Assembly (NCBI GenBank): GCA_001949185.1
Contig: BDGG01000023.1
Span: 62,001-126,000, forward strand
Length of the DNA: 64,000 nucleotides
Source: Ramazzottius varieornatus
Taxonomy: Eukaryota; Animalia; Tardigrada
Direction of reading: 5' to 3'
The notes under the pieces are model-generated. The model was not told where the DNA came from. It made no database searches and saw only the letters and a program-made list of their open reading frames with translations. Shown piece after piece: positions 1-20,358 of this stretch. Position numbers and translations under genes: made by a program. Each line of letters begins with the position of its first letter. Position 1 is the stretch's first letter.

Positions 1-856
1 GCCCTAAGTTTACAACCTTTACCTCGTACGTGTGTAATTCACACCAGTGCAATATTTTACAATTTTCTACGGTTGAATGATCTATTTGCCGTCTTTTCCG
101 CCTGTTTCGAACTTTTTACTGTTCCAAACTTTCCCTTGGCGCGTGTACTGTATGAGTGGATTGATTACAGTCTTCCAAGGTTATGCTTCATGCTTCTGTT
201 TTTCTTTCTACGGAATGAATTAGCTCGCCTCTGTTGAGTATATCTAGCGGTAACAATCGGACAAAGGAGTGAAGCTGACGCTCGGCAGAGCGAACGTTGA
301 AAGTCTCGGTCGTTCTCCGTTCGCCGATCTCCTTTCGTCATTCAGCTAGTAATCAAGAATTATGTCAACGCCACTTTTGCAATATTCTACCGCAGACTGT
401 ATCAGACTGTCCGATGAAAATTTACCCGCACTTTTCTGCCGTTCAACCATCAAAACAATGTGGCGAAGCATTGGGTAACCGAGCAGCGAATGTGAACGTT
501 TCAACTGGTGCTCATTCGACTGTTTGGAATATAAAAAGTCGCTTATTAAAATCCGTTGACCACTTCTGATTATTCTTTTGGTCTCATTTCAGGGCTTTTT
601 ATTTTTCTGACATTTTATTCTGTGCGGCACAATAGTAGTGGTTCGTGGGGTTAGTCTGTGCTTCCTTGTAATTCGGTAAACTCTCCAGCTGTCTGTTTCA
701 CTGCCCACTGCAGGAATAAATATTCCCTCCATCATGGAGCTAAGCTTCTGGTTATCCCTTCTTGGAATAGTCGGTTCGACTTGGGCGTATTCAGGTAGGT
801 ACCTCAAGAAAATGCGCAAAGGTTCAACTTTGAAGCTTTTTCCTTTTCTGGTCCAG

Positions 857-3046
857 TGCAAAGAGATGCCGAAGGTCGACAATTCATGGGGAATAACAAT
901 GGAATGATGTAAGGATCGCTGGTCAATATCCTGTGTCCCACTTGAGATCTCGAGGGGAATGAAAACTCTAACTAAGTTTACATCAGGTTATTGGATTTTC
1001 AGGAACAATAATAACAACAACCACTACCGCAACAATGGAATGAACGGAAATGGCGGCTACAACAATAACAACAACATGATGAATAACAATAACAACCATT
1101 ATGGAAATAACAACATGCACAACATGCACAACATGAACAACAACAATAACGGTGGATACAACGGGAACAACATGAACAACAACATGAACAACCACAACAA
1201 TGGTGGATATAACGGGAATAACATGAACAACAACATGAACATGAGGCCGAGTAACAGCAACGGTTATGCGAACGGAGGTAACGCTGGCGGGACCTACTAC
1301 AACGTGCCCACAGGCAACCAGACCACCAGGCCTGGAGGCACCACTGTCGCCTACGGGAACTACGGGAGCACTGCTGCTCCACCAGGTGTGACCACCACTC
1401 CAGGGTCAGGTACGAGACCGACTGTCTGCACACCGAACGGCAATGCAGCTGGAACCGCGAATGGTTTCTGTGTCAGCACTGCCAATTTGGACGCTCAGTG
1501 CACTCTGATCAACGGCAGAACTCCAGAAGTCGCCCAGTCCACGAACTGTGCTGCTTTCGACGGCAACTGGTGCTGCTACAGTAAGACTTACCCATTGCAG
1601 AAAACATATCCCTGAAGATCTGATACTTCATGAATCGACCAAAAATTTGCCACCATATCTAACCCGTCAATGTTTACAGTTCCCGTTGTTACATCCACGA
1701 CTCCAAGACCAGCCACAACCACCGCCGCACCTGGCGTGACTACAGCCGCACCTGGCGTGACGACAGCCGCACCTGGCGTGACGACAGCCGCACCTGGCGT
1801 GACGACAGCCGCACCTGGCGTGACGACAGCCGCACCTGGCGTGACGACAGCCGCACCTGGCGTGACGACAGCCGCACCTGGCGTGACGACAGCCGCCCCT
1901 GGCGTGACGACAACTGTTACCACTTCCGCTCCTGGTGTCACAACAGTCGCCACTCCAGCACCCGGTTTTACCACCACAGCTGCTCCGGCCACTACAACAA
2001 CAGTCGTCGGGCCAGGTGGTGGAACTCCTGGTACTCTTGGTCCCGACATCACCACCGTTACCACTAGGGCACCCGGAGTAACCACTCCTGCCCCCACGCC
2101 CGCCCCGACTGTAACCACTCCTGCACCTGGAGTGACCACCACCGTTGTCACACCCAGCACCACCGTGACCACTCTCGCACCTGGATTAACCACGACTCTT
2201 GCTCCTGGAGCTACAACGGTTATCACCACTACCACAGTTGCCCCTGCAACTACGACCTCAGTAGTCGGGCCAGGTGGTGGAACTCCTGGCACTCTTGGCA
2301 CCGACACCACCACCGTTATTACCACTCGGGCACCTGGAGTAACTACACCAGGCCCCACGCCCGCCCCGACTGTAACCACTCCTGCACCTGGAGTGACCAC
2401 CACCGTTGTCACACCCAGCACCACCGTGACCACTCTCGCACCTGGATTAACCACGACTCTTGCTCCAGGAGCTACAACGGTTATCACCACTACCACAGTT
2501 GCCCCTGCAACTACGACCTCGGTAGTCGGGCCAGGTGGTGGAACTCCTGGTACTCTTGGCCCCGACACGACCACTGTCGCCACACCACAAAGTACTCCAT
2601 GTGTTAATCCCGGGCCTGGTGGACAAACACCCGGTGGCATGACTCCGGGTGGCCAGACCCCTGGACCGTATTCGTATGACTGTGCCACCGTGGCACCTCC
2701 AGTAAGCTCGACCGTTGCGCCTGTTACTTCGACGACTCGAGTCGCCCCAGTGACGACCGGCTACGGCTCCTCGATGGCCATAACGCCGTCTGTTGCGCCA
2801 GTCACACGGACGACCGTGATGGCCGGTTCGTACTATGGCGGTGCTTCTGGTGCCTCTGGAGTCGGAGAAGAAGGGATGACCAGCAACAAAGTGGCCATGG
2901 ATATCGAGGAGCACTTGAAGACAAAGCTGGCTATGGCCAGTGCAAGACTGAAGGCAAACCAGGAGGAACTGAACATAATGCCTGGTCAAAGAATACCCTT
3001 CCGCTTCCTGGGTATCCAGTCTCCTCGCGGAGGTGATTTTGTTTAG
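857..3046 (+). CDS. Probably secreted Asn-rich / clip-like Cys6 domain / Thr-rich mucin-like protein (5' end not identified)
   Basis: Exons ~857-908, ~1003-1580 and 1680-3046 join in frame through GT-AG introns (ATGAT|gtaagg..ttttcag|GAAC; TACA|gtaaga..ttacag|TTCCC). They encode an N/M/G-rich tract, a C-C-C-C-CC domain and long T/P/A/G/V repeats. Confidence 0.8.
1724..1912 (+). repeat. 21-nt coding tandem repeat (AAPGVTT) x ~9
   Basis: Near-identical GCCGCACCTGGCGTGACGACA units. Confidence 0.95.
2006..2570 (+). repeat. ~258-261-nt coding tandem duplication (~87-aa mucin unit)
   Basis: GTCGGGCCAGGTGGTGGAACTCC recurs at ~2006, ~2264 and ~2525, with near-identical sequence in between. Confidence 0.9.
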
Positions 3047-4346
3047 GAAAAAGCTGCAAACTGATCGCATCAGCTTGATTATGCTCACATCCAAAAAGAG
3101 CGTTTGTTCTTCTAGACTTATTTATGTAATAGTTTATGCGACTGCTCTAATCGTCGACTGTTGAATGATCCGACAACAGCAATGTTTAAAGCAAATGAAC
3201 ACTCGTTCGTTTCGTGTGAACTTCCGTCCGACGCGAAGACCTTCGCAGCATGTCGTCGAGTTCGAATCCGACGACCTGGTCACATGCGGGTTTGTTGCTC
3301 CAGACTTTCTGGCAGAGATTCGCTTGCGAACTACTTGAAACGAGACAGGAAAAAGGACGAGAACCTAGTCCTGACTTCGCTTAGGCTGCACTTTGCTCAC
3401 CTACCCCACGTGCTACTCGCAGGCACTTTAAGCCTGTGCCGCATACATGAGTAAAGTCACATCCGTGAGCGAAGACTGCGAAGAGCAGGTCCTCGTAAAA
3501 CTACAGAAATTCGGTGGTCTAACAAAAGACCTTCCACGGCATACTATACTGTTTTACTTGGTACTCTGCTCAGTCAGTTGTACTCAAGTACATCAGCGAT
3601 GTGTGTCGTTGCAATCAAGCAAAGTGTCTACTACTGCACGCCTAACGCGTAGGAGTGACTCGTATCCCACTGTGTGAATCAAGCATTCGCGAGTTGATTT
3701 GGATCTCTTTACTAAATCTGAATAAATTTCTGGTTGTCTAACTTGTTTTCCACATTTTCGTCTTCATGAATCAGGATCTTTTCAGCCCAAAGCCCACACT
3801 CCAGCATCAGCTTTCTTCGTCGATCGCCGTAAGTCTGTTATTTCTAAAGGCTCGCGTCGTCTGATACCATCCCGCTCTTGCTATCCCAAGGGGCGGATTT
3901 CCGTCTGTTATTTATGATTTATCGGTCATTGCTCGCTACTTTTGATCGTTGATTCGCTGAGTGATACGAATGTTCATGTTTTGATATTCTTTTGATTAGT
4001 CCTCCTCACGACGAGCTGTGCATGTCGCAAACGGTCGATTTAAACTTTGAGTTTGCTTGATCAACGGAAATTAGTCGTGAGTGAGGCAAAATTGCGTTTT
4101 TCGAACGTCTCGGAAACGGGAGCGGCAATGTGCGAGTTTTGCGGGGTAGGTTTGTAGGCAAACTTTGCCTCCTGACTAGGCTGAAATTCATGGTTTTCTC
4201 TCTGGCTAGTCTCTGTCCTGTCGATATCCTCGACACTAATAGGTACCAAGAAGGTATCTCGCAACGTGAAGCACATTGCAGACAGAGATCAGCTGAGAAA
4301 TGAAAAATTGAAATTTTGAGTCAAGTGTGCAGAGAATAATTCGTTT

Positions 4347-4392
4347 TCGCTTTCAAGATAAGCTACTCGAGGGCTGCTTATCTTGAAAGCGA
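4347..4392. repeat. Perfect 17-bp inverted repeat with 12-nt loop containing paired GATA sites
   Basis: TCGCTTTCAAGATAAGC-N12-GCTTATCTTGAAAGCGA, upstream of the ABCC gene. Confidence 0.8.
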
Positions 4393-4928
4393 GACTTCGT
4401 AATCCACTTTCAAGATCAACACAATCAACGGAGTTTTATGGCCTGTCGTGAGGAGAACTATTGACATGACAGATCGATTGTGCTCTGTTCTGCCGATATT
4501 TCTCTTCCACAGGCGTAAAACTGGTTTCTTGTCTTTACAGTGCAGCTTGACACGGTTATTGTTTCCAATGCTGACGTAGCGTTTTTTTGCTCTCGACGTG
4601 AGAGAAAGTGGAGCCGGTTCGCGTAAAAGAATACAACTCGGCTAAAACTTTCTCGTTGCAGGACTCTGGGACATGCAAGACAAGCAGGACAGTGGACTCT
4701 TTTTCCGGAAAAAGTGGAGATAAGCATTGCGACAGAGTAGTAATCTTATCGGTATCGCTAGCTTATCTCCCAGCACCGTCATAAACAAACTCTCCTCGGC
4801 TGTCGTGAAACGACTTCAAAATTGTTACAACAGTAATTGTGCTTTGTCGTCAAGCTGTTTGCGGTTTCAAGCTATCCTTCATTCCGACATCTTTTCTGTC
4901 AGTTTCAGAGCGCAGACACGGCGAGAGA

Positions 4929-12758
<7,830 letters not shown>

Positions 12759-13281
12759 TCGTACAGGTGGTGCAGATTCCTAAAGGCAATATCCGCCGAT
12801 GGTTCCTTATAAGCGTTTTCTTTTGCTGTGATCTCTTTGACCCTTCAGAAATTTTGACAGTTTTATCATTTATCCAAAAGTCTGATATGGCTCGGGAAAA
12901 GGCTGGTCGCTACCTTCGTCGTTGTTTGTGGCGCTCTGTCTTGATAAATCCTACAAGAACACATCACAGTGTTTTTTGTCTCGGTTCCTTTTAATTCTGG
13001 TTCCCTGACTTGGAGGCCCGAATCTGGTGCAGTAGCTGGCTCAAAGCAAGCCAGTTAGCTTTTGTACTCTGGAAGCCTGAGGAAAGTATAAAGTGACACT
13101 GGGATAATTTCATCAGAATTCATGAATCCAAACTGTACGCTCCACACTTCTTTTTCATTTTTGTCTGTAATTCCAACACTAATGCGCCACTACCCTAGGC
13201 TAAAGCAATCGGGTAAATAATAAAAAGGATCAGCATTATCCTGACGGTCCTGCTCGAAGCTATCACCCAGCCTCAGCGACC

Positions 13282-16200
13282 TTAGAAGAAAGTAATGGTC
13301 AGCCAGCCAGACAGGTTACGCAGTCTCTCTTTCCATGAGTCTGCAACGAGAAAATTTGATCATGTTGAGCCAGGATTATGAAGAAATGGGTGAGGCAAAC
13401 TGACCAGGGTTTGAACTACGCGTTGTCCGTGGTTGCGGTGCTCGTGTCGTCCGATTTTCTTCGTGGTACCAGACGGGCGGTCGCATATCGTCTCCCGAAC
13501 TGTTTTTAGCGGATATTCGAGTCAGCTCGTCCAAATTCACCGTGTTACAGTACGGCCTGTCGCAGGCACAGACATACATGCGCGCTGAAGAGTGCCTGTT
13601 ACTGATCCAGCTACAACCCTTCCCAAAGTTGACGTTTCCACCGCTAGCTTGACAGCTACGTTCAACGGTCTTCATATCTGTCAAAGCGGAAAACGCTCAT
13701 GGACACGACGGGTAAAGCCCCGCAGATGTTTGTGCGCATACCTGAGTGCAAAGCCGTGACGCAGTAAGGCTTGTAACCCGTCGAGACTGTGCAGCCACCC
13801 TGCGGTCCCGAGTAAAACTGGTCGTAGATGCGACGGTTGGGATAATCGCAACTGTTGCCACTTCCCTTGCACGTCCAGCAGGAAAAGAACTCTAAAGCCG
13901 GAGGACATGTGAAACGTCAGGTTGTTAAAAGGGACAATTTTCGCCTGCCGACCTGGAGGCGGTTGCATTGTTGGTGGCGAGGAGGTTTCTCCGTCGAAGC
14001 CCTCGGAGAACCAGGGTGGTTGATTGGGATGCCAGTCGTTGCCTCCAGTTCGCCAAAGTTCGGCCATCTTGTCAGCGTCAATCAGATTGCACTCGTCGGT
14101 GATACATCGGCATTTGAAGGCGTTCGGGTATTGGGGGTCATTCGAAACGCGGAAGCAGCCGTTTCTTCCTGTAACGTTCAGCGGGGACGGGAAGGTCTCG
14201 CATTGTCGTTGCACTCTTCTTTTAGCTACGACAAACAACACTCTTCCATGCTAAAAGTTAGAATAATGCGACGTGGGTAGAGGTGTCTGGCACTCACTGG
14301 CGTCCGCCATGTAAACCACACAAAAGGGTTGACCTTCGTTAGGCCCTTGACGGCACTGTTTGCTGTAGCCCCGGTTAAGGAAGACGCTTTCGTTAGGGAA
14401 GGCGCAGGACGCTTCATTCTCGTTACACACCCAACATGTTGGGACTGAAACCAAACTCCGTCATGCTATGCCTAGTCCAGCTGGCTTTTACAGCCAAATG
14501 AGGTGGGCAATGCAGACCCCAGCTTAAAAAAGTTATATTCACAGCTCGACGCACAAGCTGCGGCACTTGGGCCAGATTACCTGGAGGGGTCGTTGACACA
14601 ATAGCGATGGCGGTTGTGGTTGTGCTTGTAGTGATCGATGTGGTGCTTGGTATGGTCCTCTGGGTGGTGGTAGGCAATACGAAGCCCTGGCTAATTGCGT
14701 TGGTATGGATGGCCGTGGCTGTATCCCCGTTGCATTCGGTACCTTTACACAGGCAGGTGAAGGAGATGCCATCGTCGGCCGCCCAGCAGCCCGCTTTTTG
14801 TTCCCGCGATAAACCGCAGGCCCGATTAATGGTGTACCTGCCGTTCAGGCTGGATACCAGAATCTGCTTACATCCAAGGGGATTGTCGGAACACTGCTGG
14901 ATGTCACCCGGGTCTGCAAAGTCACAGTTTTGACAGACATGACACGTAACCTTGGGAGGCGGTGGCGGGGTTGGCGTGGGGCACTGTGCCCCCGTGGCCG
15001 GTGGAAATCCGTTGGCGACAGCCATGTTGTAGAGTACGCACTCATCAATAGTGTTGCAGCTCGAACCTTGGCAGATGAGATTGTACGCTGGCGTTTTCGA
15101 GTTATAGCCCGTCACTTCAGTAGCGTTCGCACAAGTGCGACCTGTACTCAGATACCCTGTCGAGGAAGCCTTTAATGTTGTCTTGCATCTGTCTAAGTTC
15201 CATGGACATTGCAAAATTCCGCCCGCCGTCGGACAGACTACACACTGATGACAGGAAACACGATTAGGGGCCACAGTAAGGGGAGGGACATATGGCGTCG
15301 TAGTTTGTGGAAACCCTTCGGCCACAGCCATCTTGTACAGTGTGTCTTCGGGAAGGCGGTTGCAGTTGCCGCCTGCACAAACCACGTTAAAGATGGTCTT
15401 TCCTGTACCCGTGATAGAATTACCGACTGCGTTGCCAGTGGTAGAGCAGCCGCGGTTGACGCTGACGACGCCTTGCATGTTCATCGTTAGGGTCGCAATG
15501 CAGTACTTTATATTGGACGCACACTGAAAGCTGTTCGCTGCGTAAGAGCAGGCAGAACACTGATAACAGTAAGGTCCGTAAGTGGCGGGTGGACCATACA
15601 GTCCCGAAGGCGCGTAAGTGATGGGTGGAAGATACGGTCCCGCTGTCGTCTGATGGAATCCTTGTTGGACTGCCAAACTGTAATAGTGTTCTGCTGCGTA
15701 AGAGTTGCACTTTTCGCCGACACAGACGTCGCGGTAGACGTAATTGTTGAAGGACAGAGTTCCACCGACGCTTTCATTTCTGGGCGCACATCCACGATTA
15801 ACAGTTATGGCTTCTGGCGTGTTCATCGTTAGTACTGTCTTGCATGTGGCTGTGCCGTTCGCGCATGTCATCACCTCATTTGCAACGGGGCAGTCAGAAC
15901 AGAAATAGCAGGTGATCCGTCCCGAAGCCAGAGTATTAGTCCCCCTACAAATGCAGAGCTGGGTCACAACACCAAACTGTTGCCCGATAGGGTTACCACA
16001 CATAATGTAATGTAACGCACACTGCGAAGCGATGCAGGCTCAAGGTATCCGCGGAATCGCGGTTGCAGTTGCTGCCTTCGCAGATGGCGAGGTGGAGGGT
16101 ATCACCGTCGTAAACGTTCCAATGACCTGGCGACTCGTTGGCAGCACAGCTGCGATCGGCGCTGAGATCTATCTTCAAGACTGACTTGCAGCGACTTGAA

Positions 16201-17266
16201 CCAGCTGGGCACTGAACAGCGTTATAGGGCGTAGCGCAGCTAGTACAAGAGTAACACGTGATCTTTGCAGCGGAAGCTGACGCCCTGCAAAAAGCAACAG
16301 AATGTATTGGCGAGTTTGCCGTGATTCCGACAAGAGTTCCCGGTGCACGTTCGCAGAACAGCCGATTTGCCATCTGTGCGAGCCTTTCTTGTTCCAAATC
16401 AGTGCCGTACTGTAAACCAAGGCATGAAAAATATTCTTACATGGAAACAAATCCCGCAGAAAGGGCTTTGGCTTTCAGTGCCTCCCATTGCCAGTCGTTG
16501 CATTTGGTACCTTGACAGATCATCGTGAAGATACCCCTGTTCTGAGACAGTTTCGTTACTTCATTGTTGGCAGCGCAACGTCGGATCACGTCCGCGACGC
16601 CTGGCGAGCTGGACACTATTTGAGTACGGCACTTGTTCGTGCCATCGTCACATCGTATAGGGTTGTGTGGAGAAGAGCAGCCGTCGCAGCTATAACAGAC
16701 TGGCCATGCTGCTGCTGTAGTAACGGGTGGCAGAGGTGGTGCTCTGCGAAAGAGTGCGCATGATAGAAATGAATTCTTTCCGGAACATGTGATTCGGGCT
16801 ATCGAATGGCCGCTGTAATCTTACGGTGTGACTGGTTGTGGGAACCCTTGGGGGACAGCCAGGACATAGAGATAGTCCAAAGTGAGTTGATTGCAGAGGT
16901 CGCTGTCACAAGGTTGGGTAAAGAATGGGGAATTGACATATTGGTAAAGGCCGCTGAGAGGGACGGTGAGGGAACCATCACTGCCACAGCTGCGAGCGTA
17001 TACTTGTAAGACTCCCTTCGCGGTTCTGGTAATCGTTGTAAGGCACCGACTCGTAGACGATGTACACCTTGGGGTTACATTAGGGACTACGGTCGGGCAG
17101 TTGACGCAATTATAGCAGGTGCGACCCATAGCTGCAACACCGAGTGGTCACTCACCTGCAATAATTTAGGGGGAGGATAATACAACGAGTATGGTTGCGT
17201 CTTACTTCCGGGAAGGTTACTGATGAGAGTACCCAGAATGACAACGACGACCCACAACTTTTTCAT
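13282..17266 (-). CDS. Secreted multi-domain Ly6/uPAR (three-finger, quiver-like) Cys-rich protein, ~9 domains with Pro/Thr linkers
   Basis: Signal peptide MKKLWVVVVILGTLISNLPG; repeated CYxCxxC...C...RxC...C..CN domains. The exon junctions I checked (16040/15945, 14580/14445, 14300/14225, 13403/13342) join in frame. Stop after WLTITFF. Confidence 0.8.
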
Positions 17267-18527
17267 CGGGTAGTGCGCAGGTTGAATTGCTGTCATCTTC
17301 GTGAGGCTTTGGTCGATCAGTATTACAGGGCGACAAAGATACAGAGTACCAAGTTAGTTAGTACGAGCGTGCTTTGCCGGTACAAATTAGCTTGCCGGTA
17401 TCATTACAGTTGTGAATCTCAGCAGCCGATACAACTCAGAATGCTCACGTCAGTACAAATAATGGATAAAACAACGGACTTTTTGTCCAGCGGTACTGGA
17501 GTTGTACAGTGGATCCCAGAAGGAATGATGAACGACCTTAGCAGCAACCTACCCTTACTTCGTCCTGCGGTTACTAAGCGCGCGGTTTTCCAATTTAATT
17601 TGAATTTTTGAGGATCTCTTGAATTTTATTGTTAGACGGTAATATGCAGAACCGTAGAAGAGGATCGACTTGAGGCGCTTCCTTTGCGAACATTTCGATA
17701 TCAAGAACATGACAGAATATTTAGAATACAGAAAACAGTCAGCACTCGCAGAAAGACCATGAAAAATTTTCAATGCAAAAAGTAATTTTTATACAAGATA
17801 ATTATGGAATAAGAAGACAGTTATTATTGCGAACCAGAAACCCATTTCGGGCGTGGAATTTAAAAAAAAAATCAGAATGAAAGATGAAATCGTAAAAGAA
17901 GAACGAACAAAGATACGGCTTTCGAGCGAAAGTTCCGGCAAGTGAACGTCTGGCAAGTCTGGGCAAGACCATGGCGGCAGCAAGCTACGAAGAATTTTCG
18001 CTCTAAATCTGGTACTTCTCGTGAATGGTTAATGAGAATACTTACGGTTAAAACCATTAGTTGTTTCGTTCTCGACGGATTCGTCAAGCCAAGTGCATAT
18101 CTTTCGGCATGATTGTTACTCGCTTAGCGTGGATGGCGCACAGGTTGGCGTTGTAGCGAGAATTTCGTACAGGATTTAAAACTGGAAAGTCTCCACGAGT
18201 GTACGAGTGCGATGAGTGTATGACTAACAGGGGATTTTCACGAGGTATTAAGCCAGCCCTGCAGGGGCGTATCTCGAGAAGTATATAAGCTGAAAGCTGA
18301 CAGTTGTTCGAGACTCTTTTTTTCCTTCAGTTGAATTTTGATCAGTTAAGTGCAGTACGAACTCCACCTTTTGCCGGTCTTCTGTAAAGCCTAACTGGCT
18401 GGCTTAGAGGTCCACGAGGTCCTTCAATCTTACTTGGTGGATAAACCTGCCGATGGTCAGCGAAGCCTGAGGTTCCTGCAGGATCAAAGTCGAGGACGCT
18501 TGGCTAAGGCCCTTCGGAATACCGGGA

Positions 18528-19924
18528 TCAACTGGCGGACACTGGCGAGGTTAGTCTCTGAGACGAACGAGTAGCCTGCAGGTCCTAAAGAAAGAGAGGG
18601 TGACTCGTGTGACGGATAGGAAAATATCAGTGGTGGTTTGTCTGGAAGACTTGTGAAGTGGGATTTTGTATTGAACAACAGGCAGAGCGCCGGCACCATC
18701 AGGCTCTCTATCAACTCGAAGTTTAGCTGAAGCTGACGTCCGTTTAAGTTTCCTCGTTAGTCGGACGATAAGAATTATTAATCGAGGTGCAGTGTGAATT
18801 AGCCTACCGCCTGAGTCAGCAATTTTGTTGCAGGCCCTTTGCCGTGGTGAGAGTTCTTTACGCCACAGCGTCCTCGAACAGCCCAACGAAGTACACTTCC
18901 GTAGCTTCCTGAAACCATTCAAGTATGGTTAAGAAAACTACCACGAAACAAGCAAGAGAACACTTTGCCTGGAGGATTTCGGTGGCTTGAGACTGAAACT
19001 TATAGCCTTCTGGTGCATTCACTCGAACGTTGTCTTCGGAAGCGACGATATTTTGTGTGATCTCCCGAACAAGGCGCTGGAAGGGTGCTCGGCGAATCGG
19101 GAGCTCAGTCGACTTCTGATAACGCCGGATTTCTCTCAGAACGTTCGTGGCCTGATTCCGCCGTGGACGTCTTCTCCTGTTCCCGACGTTACCATCTCCG
19201 CCACCACCACCATCTCCGCCACCACCACCACCTCCGCGACCTCTGCCACCTCCTGCAGTCGAAAACAGGAAATCATGTATGTTTGTGCCATGTTCGTCAT
19301 GTGGCATGTTTGTGCCTTGCACAAATAGGCCTGGTTTCTATTCGGCAAGTACCATATCAAAACTTACTGCACTCAGTGTACTGTTCAAACCATACTATAC
19401 CATAGGAGCGTACTGAGCCTGCCCTAGTATGGAAATGACGCTCGACTATGATTGCGAGTGCTTAAGACTAGATATGGTTTCTACTGCGGAAAGCTACAAA
19501 GGTAAAGTCTGCTAAGCGAGTTGATTATTGATTCATTTCCGGTGGAAGCTGAAACCGTCACTAAGTTACTATGTATCTTCCTTTTCTTACCTACTGTTTT
19601 CTTTGCAGTTGTAGGGTTGTACGTGCTTTTCCGTGCGGTTTGTCCTGTATACGGACGTCCTTCACCCACTTGTTTTCTAGCGACAGGAGGCCGAGGGCCA
19701 CAGCGAGGAGATAAAGTGGACGGACGGGCTGCATCGCGATCGCGGCTTCTGCTTCGACGTGGAGAACGTAGAGGACGGGAGACAGACTTGACAGCTCGGT
19801 TGCTGGCTGGTTGACTGCGGCAGCCAGCACGAGAAGGTATGGGAATTTCGTCGTCCGAGTCCAAAAAACCCCGACGATCAGGCAGATCAGAACGGATCGG
19901 GGCAGCCCTGAAAACAAGAGGCAT
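18528..19924 (-). CDS. Divergent histone H3 variant / CENP-A-like protein with long basic N-tail (both termini uncertain)
   Basis: [38 protein letters not shown]|[14 protein letters not shown] histone-fold match. The upstream exon contains QTARKST and joins in frame to a Gly/Arg-rich linker. The alpha3 exon could not be resolved cleanly. Confidence 0.8.
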
Positions 19925-20358
19925 CTCGTCACATTGTTGTGGGGTAAATCTCGCACAAGATAACTTCTTTCTTCAACAACAATCCGTAGTTCATGCGGTT
20001 CCTACCAGGCGATCGATGTCCGCGAGACTACCGTCTCCTGCTTCACATAATGGTCTTGTGAACAATAGAAGATCAGATATATGGGACATATTCAGAAAAG
20101 AAAACCAACAAACAAAAGCTGGAAATTAAAATTCGAAAATCGAAACTCAAAAATCGAAATCGGCGCGAAAGAGTGCACGCTGCACTGTGTGCGAAGTTGC
20201 GAGCTCAGCGGAAGCTGACGTAGCGGTCGCTGTGGTATTGTCCAAAATGCGCATTGCGTTTCCGTTGCATGCGCCTGCCTACTTCTATCATTCAATCATT
20301 AATTCTTGTGACTTAATTCACGACTTAATTCATGAGCGTGTAGCGGTTTGCAGATATG

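Noticed and set aside
983-2688. Long minus-strand Val- or Cys-rich ORFs (983-1195, 999-1433, 1588-2688)
   Set aside because: They are antisense shadows of the Asn-rich and Thr-rich coding repeats.
3250-3280. GAGTTCGAATCC B-box/T-loop-like motif in a hairpin (possible tRNA)
   Set aside because: No acceptor, D or anticodon arms could be built around it, and the stem is not a canonical T-arm.
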